A stretch of 61,108 nucleotides of DNA, counting the filler, from Dugesia japonica (Eukaryota), in the NCBI GenBank assembly GCA_001938525.1. It is 5 parts of 5 records of this genome, joined end to end, with 100 filler letters (N's around TTAATTAATTAA, not from the genome) between each part and the next. Parts side by side here need not be neighbours in the genome. Positions count along the whole stretch, not along the records: positions 28,020 to 39,232 come from MQRL01445987.1; positions 39,333 to 47,837 come from MQRL01558437.1; positions 47,938 to 61,108 come from MQRL01589183.1; 2 more parts are not named here. One strand, written 5' to 3'. Shown here piece after piece: positions 36,130 to 48,760 of this stretch. The translations under genes and the position numbers were made by a program. Position 1 is the first letter of the stretch; every line of letters begins with the position of its first letter. A model generated the notes under the pieces. The model was not told the DNA's origin, made no database searches, and saw only the letters and a program-made list of their open reading frames with translations.

Positions 36130-38795
36130 AGATTTATAATACAACAATAACAAAGATATAACATTTCATAGTTCATTTATTATATTTCTATGTATCAAAT
36201 TTATAGTCCAGTAATAATATTTCTTTCTTGATTTACAGATTTCTATCATATACAGTATGATTTAATGAGACAAACTACATTATTGTATTGTAATTGTTAG
36301 TTACAGAAAGACTTTCGGAAAAGTTCATTAAATTCAATAAAATTTTATTTATTAAACGAAATTTCAAATTTTCCAATCTTCAAAAACTTATTTTTAAAAG
36401 CTGAATATTTAAACAAAGTTTTTAAATATTTTAAAAAATTTTTGAAATCATTTATAACATTTTCTACTTCAAACTTTCAATTGTAATTTTCAATTTTTGA
36501 TTCTTACATTCCTCTCGATTAAAATAATTTTTAAAGATTTTCTAAGTTCCTTTCTAGCTCTTTTCCATTTGCATATCGTATACAATATATTCTTTCGTGT
36601 ACCTTCTCCGTGATCTTGTACGGGCCAGCGTATATTTCATTGTCTTTGTTCTAGTTTCTAGTTTTATCAATACTTCGTCTTCCACTTAGAATTGTCTTTT
36701 TGTAAATATTTCTTCCACCGACTCTCTTTTTTCTTGGTTGTCTAACTATTGTTTTCTGTGAATTCTCCTACCGAATATTAATTCTGCTAGTGATATCCCC
36801 AATGTCTTTTGTCTTGTTGCATTTATCATGCATTTGACCTCCGGTATCTTGTTACTCCCATCCTCTTTTCTATCTTTCTTTGCGACAGCGTTAATACGGT
36901 CTCTGATTGTGCGGAATTCTCTCTTTATAATCCCGTTCGTATTGTGACGGTATGAAGTTGAGAAACGTACTTCTATATTCAACAATTCCACCAGATTCTT
37001 GGCGTTTTTCGATTCAAATATTTTACCACTGTCCTCGTGAACTTCTCTCGATGCTCTAAATCTCAGAATCCATTTTTCTATTATCACTTTTTTAATCGTC
37101 TCGTCATCTTGCTTGCTTATTGTCGTTAGGCTTACATATCGACTGTATTGATCTATTATTCCACATATTTATCTTTGTCTGTTCACAGTCTCTAGAAAAG
37201 ACCCACATATTCCCATATATATCTATTCAAATGGATAATTTGCGCTTAATTTTACTGTTNTCTCTTTTATTGCCACAATATTAACTTTGTTCTTTTGGCA
37301 ATCTTCACATTGTATTATCACTTCTGTAATTGTCTTCTACAGTTCTTTCATGTCGTAGTTAGTGATTATGTATCTGATCAATTTCTCTGTTCCTGCATGT
37401 ATAATTATTTTGTATCTCTTTGATCATTTGTATTCTTTTCTCTTTTGGAATCCAAATTTTTCCATCACTTGTTTTCACTATATTACTTTCGATTATATAC
37501 TTTGAATCCTTTCCTTCTTGAATATCTCGTTTGATTAGTTTGATTTCCTTTATTTCCTCTTGCTATTTACATCTCCCTATCTTTATCATCTGATTTGTCT
37601 GTTTTGTTTGCATCTTCCCCATCTTTGGATCTTTATGTTGCATTTGACAGTGTGTACACGTTCCACATTTCATTCTTGAGAGAATATCTGCGTTTACATG
37701 TTTCTCGCCTTGTCTATATATTANTTCTATGTCTAAGCTGCCAATATAATTCATCCATGTCTGAAACTGAGGTGTTATCGGTTTGTTCGTCTTTTTCATG
37801 AATACTATAGTTTTGTGATCTGTCCTCGTTATGAATTTTTCCCATACAAATAATGTTTAAAGTGGTTTCAGACGTAGTAGATTGCTAGTAATTCGTTTTG
37901 TGTGATATAGTTACCCTTCTCGTGTGATGTCATTGGATGTAAGCCGTGAGAAATAACTCTTTCTTTTTCATCGTCATTATTTTGTGATGGAACCGCTTCT
38001 ATTACGTCGAAGTTGGCTTCAGTATCTAAAATAAATGTCTTCTTTATATCAGGTAATCCTAGAAAAGGTGCTTGTTTCATTTCTGAGAAAGCTTTCTCAC
38101 ATCCATCTGACCATATTAACTTAGTCCTGTTGCTTCCACATAATTCTTCTAGGGCTCTTGATTTCTTTAAATAATTTTTGATGAATCTTCTGTAATAATT
38201 GCATATTCCCAGGAAGCTTCTCAGACTCTGATTTAAAAACATTTGAGTTTCTCAGAACTCTTGATAGCTTCGATTTTTATCGGATAATAATAATTTATCC
38301 AATAATAATAATAATTTTAATAATTTCGGATTATTAAAATGAAGAAATAAATTTAAATCAATATTATATCTTTAAATGAGTATAATTCAAAATGTTTTAA
38401 AATTACTTCTTTATCTATTCTGTGACCAAGAAATTTCACTTCTTTGAGTAATAGGCAACATTTTTCTGGAATCACTCGCAGCCCTGCATTTTGAATATTC
38501 TTTAATACTTGATCCAGAGTTATATAATGCTCATTTTAGTCCTTCTGAGAATATCATTGTCATCTATATGCACCATTGCTTTATCTAGACCGTTCAATAC
38601 TTTTCTCATTAGTTCTTGAAATGTTCCTGGATTTTCTGCTATGCCGAATGGCATTTTTGTGAAGCAATATTGTCTATTTTTAGTCAAAATGGCGGTTTTT
38701 CCTTGTGACTCTTTTTCTAACGTTACATAGTAATACGCGTTTCCCAAGTCTATGGTACTGAAATATTTGGCCCCATACAAATTGTCTAACATTTC
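36130..38795 (-). mobile_element. Ty3/Gypsy pol (RT-RNaseH-IN) with start of 3' LTR
   Basis: YFSTIDLGNAY, MPFG, FLGICNYYRRFI, HVNADILSR, IN core, GPY; PPT CGAGAGGAA then TGTAAG at 36508; LTR far end not resolved. Confidence 0.92.
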
Positions 38796-38799
38796 AAAA

Positions 38800-39130
38800 C
38801 AAACGTAAAAATGTTTTTTCTATATTTTCATCTTTTCCAATTCTTTTACCTTTCTTCTCGGGATTGAAATTTATTTGCCATTCACCAAATAACTTTTCTT
38901 TTTCTTTTAAAATTCTTGAAATGACGCATTGATTAAAAAACCATATTTTTCTGCCAATTTATTTGACTTTCATTACTTAAAAATGTTTTATGTACATCAT
39001 TGCTTTTGCGTAGTATTAATTTTACACTTACATTTTTAAGTCATTTTAACAAAAGATTAATATTTTTTAATTAATTCTACTCAAATATTTTTAATCTAAC
39101 AAAGGACAGAACGATTAAATATTTTTACTG
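38800..39130 (-). mobile_element. pogo/Tigger transposase 5' fragment
   Basis: KLAEKYG...ISRILKEKEKL...KRIGKDENIEK (psq and CENP-B HTH-like). Confidence 0.7.
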
Positions 39131-39232
39131 GGGTAAAGAAATTCACATTTCTAGTATAAATATGGTCTACTTATTATTTTACAATTGCAATTATTGCGAG
39201 AATAATTGTTGGACTTAACCATTGATCGTTTT

Positions 39233-39332
39233 NNNNNNNNNNNNNNNNNNNNNNNNNNNNNNNNNNNNNNNNNNNNTTAATTAATTAANNNNNNNNNNNN
39301 NNNNNNNNNNNNNNNNNNNNNNNNNNNNNNNN
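39233..39332. other. Artificial scaffold linker
   Basis: N44-TTAATTAATTAA-N44. Confidence 0.97.
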
Positions 39333-39339
39333 TAGACAA

Positions 39340-39738
39340 TATCAAGGTATTGTACATACATAGAATTTTCCATTAAATTATGACAGAACTAAATATTAAA
39401 ACTGGTTTAGAATTTATATTAAATGACATAACAAATAACAGCCTTCATTACACAGTAAAAATAACAGCTTATCATACAGAAATTCGATTAAATCCTAATA
39501 CCTATTTTCATACAGGACCAAGAGAAAATATAGTTAATGAATTTTTTGACTAACTAAATCATATTTTACAATCAGCTAAAGAAATCGATGTTGATACAAT
39601 AAAATTTGAATTTCTTCTTATACGTATGCCATGGACAGGTCAAAATAATCGTATTTATTGCGCATCTAAATCATCTAATCAAATATTACAAAACTTTGCT
39701 TCAAGTTCGGTTAATATGGTTTAAAATACAGACTTATT
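39340..39738 (+). pseudogene. Fragment of another Polinton pPolB N-terminal (terminal-protein) region
   Basis: LNHILQSAKEIDVDTIKFEFLLIRMPWTG...SVNMV*NTDLL resembles the LQS...MPxG...IxNxDxLC pattern. Confidence 0.55.
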
Positions 39739-39739
39739 A

Positions 39740-41486
39740 TAAAGAGGGTGATATAAGAAAAGGAAATAAAGAAAACGGAAAATAGAAGGTCAAAGAACAG
39801 TTAATGAAAGGAATAATTAAAGACAAAACGGAGATANGTNCACTAAACATAGGATATGATCACTAAATTCTTGAGTCACCAAAGAAGAACAGAAAGGATG
39901 GAAGACACAAACAGACTTAGAAAACAAAGAAAGAACAATTTATAACGAAAGAAAGTAATTCATTAAATGAAAGAAAGAAAATCAAATGAAATCAATAATT
40001 AACATACAGGAAATAAATGAAATAAATTAATTATTAAAGAAAATTAAAATTAGATTAAATTTCGGCTTAGAAATGAAAAATGTCATTGTAATTAATAAAT
40101 TAAGAAGAAAAGAAAAATAAATAATTAATTTTTTAAATAAAATAAATCGGACGAATTAAAATGATTTTTTATGAAAATAAAATTAAATTTATATGAAAAT
40201 ATGACAAAACGAGGACTTCCCAGTAAAAAAAAAACTAATGGTTAAGACAATTCTAGTCAAGAGAAAATCAGGAATTTCAAAAATTTAAATTAGAAAATCG
40301 TAGTTAAACCAATAAAGAAGTTACAAGGGTTTTAAAATTAACCAATCGGATTCCATCAAAAACGCATATTAACCAATAGAGAGGAAAACTGGTATAAATA
40401 CCGTTTTAATTTCAGAAGAATTAATTAAGAAAAAAGAAAAGTCAACCNGTTAACTGAATTAATAAACGATAATTATTTGACATATTTTGTTTTATGCAAC
40501 GGTTTCCGACACAGCAAATCAAAGAATTTAATATAGAGACCCCCAGAAACCTATTATGAGTTTACAGTGTATACTAGAAGGTGTAATGGACGAATAATAC
40601 TGGGGTAGGTGTGAAAACAAATTAGTGGACATAACGATTACGCTCATGGGTACATAAGGCAAATAAATGCTAGTAGAAATTGATCCAATCGGTTGCCATG
40701 GTGATTCAAATCATACGATGTACCTGATCTGGATCGATTTACAGCTCATGTAAGTTCTGATTAGTTATGCAATTTAAAATTTACTGTAATCTATCTTAGT
40801 AATATAATCTTCCTCAATGAATCTTTGATTATTGAATAATTGCATAATTTTTGTAGTTGCAGTAGGTAATACCTTCATGAATTACCAATTTAGTAATTAT
40901 GAATTTAACTGTTAAGAAAATTTAAAATTAGATAGTTATTGGATGATTTCATTTTTGTTAGTAACAATGAGTTAGTAATATTTACAATGAAATAGTATTG
41001 AGCTAACTAATAAATTAGATTAATGATTTTTGTAACACCTTGTAATACTATTAGTTAATAATTACATTGAAAAATGATATACTGTGAGTAATAAGCCATA
41101 ATAACATAGAGTCAAATAAATGATGATAGGAATTAATAAAATAAATCTAACTATTGATGATTCTAATTAGATCAAGAACAAATAATTATTAAATAAAGTA
41201 ATAACTAATAAAGTAATAACTAATAGAGTATTGACTAATCAAGTAATAACTAACAAATTAATAACTAATAAAATTTAAGTATGCCTTACAAAATTACGTG
41301 AGTATTATAAAATATGAACCCAAACCAAAGGGATGCGAGTATGCACTCGAACTATGAGTTGCGAGTCACCGGCTCCATTCCGAAAATCATGAAAAGGGAT
41401 ACTAGATTTAAATTCTTAGCGGGGTTTCACTAGGACAGACCACTCTAGACATAAATTAAATATAAACGCCCTAGAAAACCCAAACA
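39740..41486 (+). mobile_element. Shorter, 5'-truncated relative of the 21136-25556 element
   Basis: A-rich region, three CCAAT boxes plus TATAAATA (40393); TGAACCCAAACCAAAGG and TAGATTTAAATTCTT blocks at the same distance from the ACCCAAACA end. Confidence 0.7.
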
Positions 41487-41704
41487 ATACAACTAATATC
41501 AACATTCATTGATTACGATAATTTCAATGCTTGATTATAATTCATTTATGTAAATGTATATTAAGATTACTAAAATTTGTTTACGGTTATTGAAAATTAA
41601 AATCTTAATTATGGATATGTATACTGTGTTAGATGCGTTTGGAGAACTCATATGATCATAAATAACAAAACTCGATTCCACAGCAAAATTATTTCACGAA
41701 AAAC

Positions 41705-44700
41705 TGTAACATCTGTATTTGTTTATTCAAACAAATTAAAACCCATGCTTCAATTGGAAATTATTTTCTAAAAAATTTAATATTTTAGATAAAATCTTAA
41801 TTTAAAATAATTCGAAAATTTAAAGAAATTACAAAACTGTTTTCATTTTTAATTCCTAAATTTTAAAACAAACAATCATTTGCTGTTAAAATATTGTTTT
41901 TTAATTTCCAAAATTTTAAAACAAAATTTTCAATCAAAGGACAAAAATTTCAATTTGCTTTTCAAAACACACTCACATTCCCCTTTTCAAGAATTTTTTT
42001 TGATCTTCTCTACGTTTCTTTCGAGACTTTTTCGTTTGTATCTTCCAGGATGTAATGTCTGTTGTGAACTTTCCTCTTGATCTTATAGGGTCCTTTATAA
42101 TGATCTAGGTTCTTGTTTCTTGTTTCAACTTTCACTAAGACCTCATAACTAACTTTGAATTGTCTTTTGGATAGTATCTCTTTATCTTGCTCTCTGTGTA
42201 CTTTCTAAATATTTGTTTCGTACCTATTTTCTCTGCTTATTCTCTTCCCAAATACGATTTCAGCAGGGCTTTTTCTAATAGTTTTCTGTTTTGTAGTATT
42301 TAAGATAAATTTTTTTATGGCAATACATCCGTCTAATCTGAGGTTTTCCTTTCTTTAAATGTCACATTTATCATATCCCGCATAGTTCTAAACTGTCTCC
42401 CAATCTGTCAAGTATGTTATGATGATATAGATTCAAAGACCTGATGGTAATTCCATGTTTAGCTGCAAATTCTTTCATTGGTTTAGACTCAAATGTTCTT
42501 CCACAATCGACTCTAAATTCTCTGGGACACCCGAATTTTAATATCCACTTCTCCATTATTGCTTTCCGTATGGTATCTTCATCTTATCTTGCCATTGCTA
42601 CCAAGGCTATATACTTACTGCATTGATCTATTATGCCGAGAACATATTTTTTCGGACCTCTTGTCTCCGGCAAAGGTCCACACACATATATAAATATCAG
42701 TTCAAATATTTCGGATGGCTGCATCTTTTTCGTTTCTTCCTTCGTTTTTGTTAACACTTTAGCTTTTTGGCATGTTATACAACTTTGGACAACCTCTTGT
42801 ACTTTGATCCACAAATGTTCCACGTTATATTTATGCTTCATATACGCTGCTACCTTTTCTGCTCCAGCATGACACAAAAGATGGTGTATCCTCATTATAA
42901 CTTCTTCTACTTTATCATCAGGTATCCATATTCCTTCATCATTCTCATTAAAATTGCCTTGTTTTTCTTGAATATCTACTCTATTTAAGATCCTTGTTTT
43001 TAATTTTCCACTTTTGGGATCCTCATGTGACATTAGACATTGTGCTCATGTACCGTATTCATGCCTTGACAACATATCCGCATTTGTATGAAACGATTCT
43101 TTTCTAAATTACAAATTTATATCTAAATTGCTCAAATAATTAATCCAAGTTTGAAACTGTGATGTGATCGGTCCATTGTTGTCCCTTTGATATAGTTCTT
43201 CACCAACCGTGTCTTTACTCGCATCCGTGTTCAAAATAATTTCTCTATTTATATCTGGAAAACATAATATTGGAGACATCATTAATGCTTCTTTCATTCC
43301 ATTAAAAACGTCTTTTAATTCGTTCGCCCATTCTATCTTCTTGTTACTCGGCCCACTAAACAGTTGTTCCAGCAATGTAGCTTTTTCGAATAATCTTTGA
43401 AAGACTTGCTATATTAATTGTAAATTCCGAAAAAGCTTCTCATTTTCTTAACGCATTTTGGTTTACCAAAGTTCTTAATTGCTTCTATTTTAGTTGTGTT
43501 AGGTTTATTTGTTGGTTTCATTTAAATCAATTAAAATAAAACTTTCGATTCAATACTTTATTAAAATACAAAACACTCATTTAGAAAATTATTCTTGCTT
43601 CTGAATGCTTTTTCCCAAAATTGCCTTACGCTATTTTTTATAGTTTATTTAAACAAATTATTAAAAATATTTTTATTTAAATTATGTAAATTATATAAAA
43701 TATAAAATTATTTAAAAATAAAACAATTCAAATTTATTAATAATTTTCAAAATTTTAAATTAAATTTTATATTTACAATAAAGAAATTTTCAATTATAAA
43801 TTTGAATAAAAAGTTTTACATTACGTATTTATATCTAAAATTCTTTTAATTAATTTAAAAAATTTAAACTATTAAGTTCAACAATGAAATTCTAAATTAA
43901 TATTTAAAATTTCTTTTTCATAATTTGCAATTTTACATTTAAAGGAAATTAAAATTTACACTTTTTAAAAATAACTGATAAGTTAGATCTGTTTTGACAC
44001 CTTCTTTACTGATAACATGTCGCGAAAATTTGATCTCCTTCTGCATGAATTGACATTTCTCTGGATTAACTCTTAGACCAACCTTCTTAATTTCTGTCAA
44101 CACTTTATTGACTATTTCATATTGTCGCTCCTTTGTTTCGGTAAATATGAGAATATCGTCTAGATAAACCATCGCTCTTTTAATTTTCCCAATCACTTTA
44201 TTCATTATTTCCTAGAACGTACCTGGTGCTGCTGCAATTCCAAAAGGCATTCTTTTGAAACAAAAATGCCTTTGTTTGGTCAAAAAAGCCGTTTTCTCTT
44301 GAGAATCTTCACTGAGTTCCACCGATGGTATGCATTTTCCAAATCGATTGAGCTAAAATACTGCGTACCTTTCAAAGCATCTAGCATTTTATCCGCATTT
44401 GGCATAGAAGAAGCTTGTCTTTCTGTTATTGCATTGAGCTGCCTAAAGTCTAAGCATAATCGTATATCCTTTTTATCCTTTTTCCAAACGCAGATTAATG
44501 GCGTATTCCATTGAGAATTACACTTCCGGATTATACCGTTATCATACAGGTTCTTGATTGCCTCTTCAATCTTCTCTTCTAGATTTATTGGTTGACGATA
44601 CGGTTTTATGTTTATTGGACCTCCTTTAGTGATTATTCGATGCTTGGTTAAATGTGTGCATCCTATGTCTCATTTATCCGCCATAAATACATTTTCATTA

Positions 44701-44870
44701 TTCTGAATAATCGCAGTTAATCTATGATCTTTGATAATTTCTAGAATCTCTATTGCATGTCTCAATCCTTTGACTGTCTTTATCTGCTTTTCAAACTTTG
44801 CCTCATTGTTGCAAACAAATTTTTCTCGATGATTATTTACCGATATATGTTAGTCTTTTGTTAATTCCTT
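41705..44870 (-). mobile_element. Ty3/Gypsy pol with 3' LTR, containing a ~480-bp insertion (about 43496-43980)
   Basis: RT YLDD, MPFG, IN HHCC (H..LCH..C..C), PPT AAAAGGGGAA next to LTR 41705-41977 (TG...CA). Confidence 0.92.
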
Positions 44871-44879
44871 CTTGGATGC

Positions 44880-46430
44880 TACGAAAAAATGTGAATATTA
44901 CTTATTTATTGCAGAAAGTTGCATGATTAAATTTCTAAAATGCACCGATTGTTTGATAAAGAATTTAGTTTCACCCTGATACAAGAGAAAATGTGAATAC
45001 AGATATAGTTATCACAACATTGAATCAGGATAAATTTATCTATAGCACCTAATGTTACATGTGTGAAAACAAGAGTGGAAAGCTGGTTTGTGATCAAGAT
45101 CTCTTTACCGGTAAATAATTGGAAGCAGCATTCAATCAGTGTAAATTATTATGAAAGAACCGGATAAAATTACCTGCTGTGTCTCATAACTTTATAAGTT
45201 ATGATTTATTTCATATAAAAACATACTCTCAAACAATTCAAGCATTGAGAGCTCAAACTGATAATATAAATCACAGAAAGATTCACAACATTGTTTACAT
45301 ATTTTGATGATGGTTTCATATTAAAATTCATAGACTAGTTTCAGTTCTAGCATCATGGGCTACAGACATTGTAATATTTTATGAGATACTCATCAATCAT
45401 AAACCATTACTCAAAACATGGCCAGAAATTACATAGTATGAATATAAAATGACAAAGTCACCATGAATTGAATCGGGAAGCAATAATTTACTGGAACATA
45501 TGATGTATTATATGAAGTTTGATATTTATTGGTCGAATTATTCTAGAAATTCAAGAAAGAGTATTTGAAGAGCATGAATTGGAGGCTGCTTTGATTCGTA
45601 TAATTACCAAGATTTTGCTAGTTAAGTGCTTTAAAAACCATGGACAAGTTAATAGAATTGTTACATGATGCAGAAAAGCACAATTTATTTGAATCTAGAA
45701 TTCGTGAGGGAATGACATTTATTAATCGTCATTATGTACAGGCGGATAAGAATATCCACCTGCTCTATATCAATGCAAATAGTATATATGGTTAAAACAG
45801 TTTTTTCCATATAGAGATTTTGCATTTTTAGTTAAGATTTAAAGAATATGAGAGAAGATATTGTCAGGTAACAGAAACAATTATGGAATTGAATATTTAT
45901 TAGAAATTGGTTTTGGAATACCTATAAAACATCAAGATTGATTAGATCAACTATCATTGGCTCCAGATCACAAGTGATCACCAGGATTGAACGTAAGTTT
46001 AACGAGACATGAGCCAAAACGTTATCACTTTATATATTGGAGATTATTGAAATCACATGTAAAACTGGGAGCTCGTGGGACTGCTGTACATCGAATATTA
46101 ATATTTAAAGACACAAAATACTTGCCAATTGTATCAACACTAATTCATCAAAAAGAGCAGCATCAAGCATAAAATTTAAATACGATTTTTATATTGTTCT
46201 AGAATTTGATTGGTAGAAATTTTTTAATGTCAACAGTTCAAAATTTTAAGTGATTTGATTAACCGAAATTTTATGTGCGTTTTGATGACGTATTCGCCAC
46301 ATGTCAGTTACATAATCATTACATAACATTATGAAATCCTCGGATATTGAATTTTTTAAAAGTTAAATTAAGTGAAATTGTTAATCATATAGATTACTTT
46401 CATGTAAAACCACTGGAAAAGCCTATTTTT
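44880..46430 (+). pseudogene. Highly decayed Polinton pPolB fragment
   Basis: CYMC..VCDQDLFTGK*LEAAFNQC (EndoVII-like), SHNFISYD, KFIDS-like, LLYINANSIYG (motif A), LAPD, KLG...VHRILIFK. Confidence 0.8.
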
Positions 46431-47266
46431 GTTTAAATTAAACAAATGTTTGTAATTAAGTGAACTTATCCCGAGCACGTGTTGGTCCCTGGCAATATTA
46501 ATGTTAATATTAGTCGCTCCACGGTGATATTAATGTTAGTATTGGCTATCCGGACAACTTTAAAATTCATGTAACTTACTATCCAGATGGTAATTAATAT
46601 TAACATCACTTACTTCTCATTTGGTTATTAACATTATTTGACAATATTAACAATAATAATAATATAAAAAACAAATCAAACGCTAATCACAATAAAATAT
46701 TTATTAACATTATTTAATTNATTTTTCAATGTTTTATTTAATTATTTATATATTTTAATTTAAATTTAGATTACTTTTGAATCAAATGAAATTAATTATA
46801 TTATGCTAAATAGACTTTAAAAATATGACTTCTATGCGTAATTTATTTTATGAAAATGTCTAATGGATTTTATTGAAATGATAAACATTTTAATGTAAAT
46901 ATTATGTAGAGGTTTGATCTATTTTATGTTATCGATTTGATTTTAAGTTATTTTGAAGTCAGGTTTGAAGTGTAAAAGTTTAGGCTTTAAAAATATAATG
47001 TGAAGTGTGAAAATTTACACCCCAATAAAATTAATAAGGTGTGAAAATCTCCACGCTTAAAAATTCAATTGAAAAATTCATTGTTCATAAATTGGCGGAA
47101 AAGTTGTGAAAATCCACTTATTGTTGTTTGTATTATGAGGCGTGAAGCGACGTGTCAATCATCTGTTCTCAAAATTACGTATCCTTTTAATAATTACTAG
47201 ATATATTCCAGAAAATAACGTTTGAATCTACTCTCAAATAGTTTCTCTGGATGTTCATGTAATATA

Positions 47267-47837
47267 TTAGGTGNCCTAAAAAGTTTCCGCGGTTTTGTCA
47301 TAGGTTAGTTTAAGTTTATATTACATATCATATATAAGATTAAAATTAAATTTTAAGACATATTAATAAAATCAATTTCTTAGAATAAGTAAATTAATTT
47401 TTTTATTGATATCATTTGTTTATACGAATTAGAGATGTCGCAAAAAATTCAAAATAAAGAAGAAATAATATGTGTTATGAAATTTTATTTTTTGAAGAAG
47501 GACTGGAAAGGAATCGTCCATTATGAGCTATTGGAACCTGGTCAAACAGTTGATTCTGTATTCTATTGTGATCANNNNNNNNNNNNNNNNNNNNNNNNNN
47601 NNNNNNNNNNNNNNNNNNNNNNNNNNNNNAAAAGGTGTCGTGTTCCATCACGACAACGCTCGACCACATACCTCTATAATGACTCGCAACAAATTGAAAG
47701 AACCTGGTTTGGAGGTGCTGATGCATCCAGCATATAGTCCAGACCTAGCACCATCGGACTACTATTTGTTTTTGTCTCTGCAAAACTTTCTTAATGGAGT
47801 TACCATGGCTTCAAGAGAGGACTGCGAAAGGTACCTG
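47267..47837 (+). mobile_element. mariner (DD34D) element, internally deleted
   Basis: TA-TTAGGTG..AAAAGTT left TIR; WKGIVHYELL, FHHDNARPH, HPAYSPDLAPSDYYLF. Confidence 0.93.
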
Positions 47838-47937
47838 NNNNNNNNNNNNNNNNNNNNNNNNNNNNNNNNNNNNNNNNNNNNTTAATTAATTAANNNNNNN
47901 NNNNNNNNNNNNNNNNNNNNNNNNNNNNNNNNNNNNN
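47838..47937. other. Artificial scaffold linker
   Basis: N44-TTAATTAATTAA-N44. Confidence 0.97.
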
Positions 47938-48400
47938 TCGTGAAATGGCATGGAAGTTCAAAGATTCCAAAGATTATAAAAAAACTAAACATTTTTTATC
48001 ATTGAACTATCAAGATTATCTCAACAAATTCAAACTTGTTGTGGCTGATAATTTGGAAAATGTGTTTAATCTTGAACCATTTGTTGATGCAATGAAGGAA
48101 ATTTCAAATAATGAAATATTACTATATGGGTATCAGTTGGAAAAGACATAGAAAACTGGTTTACAAGCTCTTATTCAAATTCAATTCCTGGATAGTCTAG
48201 TGATTCTTAGAAGATTAGAATTTATCGAAAAACTTGAATTCAACACAGAATTTTGGGAAAATACAGCTTTCATAATAAATAATCTAGTAAAGTTTTACAA
48301 GTTGAATCTACCAATAGTTGCAAACGAGTTTTATGAAAACGAAAAACAAACATTAACTAATAATATCAAAGAAGATTTAAGTTATTCAAGTCCTGAATAA
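47938..48400 (+). pseudogene. 3' part of an unknown intronless gene with one in-frame stop
   Basis: ORFs 47945-48151 and 48200-48400 share a frame separated only by TAG 48149-48151. Confidence 0.45.
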
Positions 48401-48723
48401 ATAAATCAAGTTCAAATTAATATCAAACTGCAATTGCTCTAAGACAACAACGTCAATTTAAAACCGAAAGAGATCCAAGTACTATAAGTAATTTTGTAAT
48501 TTTTATTGATATATTTTAAGATTTTAATTTCAGTTGACAAATGTCATACAAATCAATCGCTGGAACTTTGAATACACTGAAATTGAATCTTTTATAAATA
48601 AAATTTTGATAAAATTGACTTTGTTTTAAAAAATTTTTTATTAAAAGTAATAACTAAGTAAAAGTAATAAAATTCATTTAAAATAAAAGTTTCGATCAAA
48701 ATATTTTTTTTGGTATTTGATAA

Positions 48724-48760
48724 CAATTCGATATTTTGACTTAGTCTTCTTCAGGAATTG
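48724..48760 (-). ncRNA. Minimal type I hammerhead ribozyme relic
   Basis: CAAUUC-CUGAAGA-A-GAC UAA GUC-(A)AAA-UAUC-GAAUUG; perfect stems I and II; GAAA mutated to AAAA. Confidence 0.75.
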
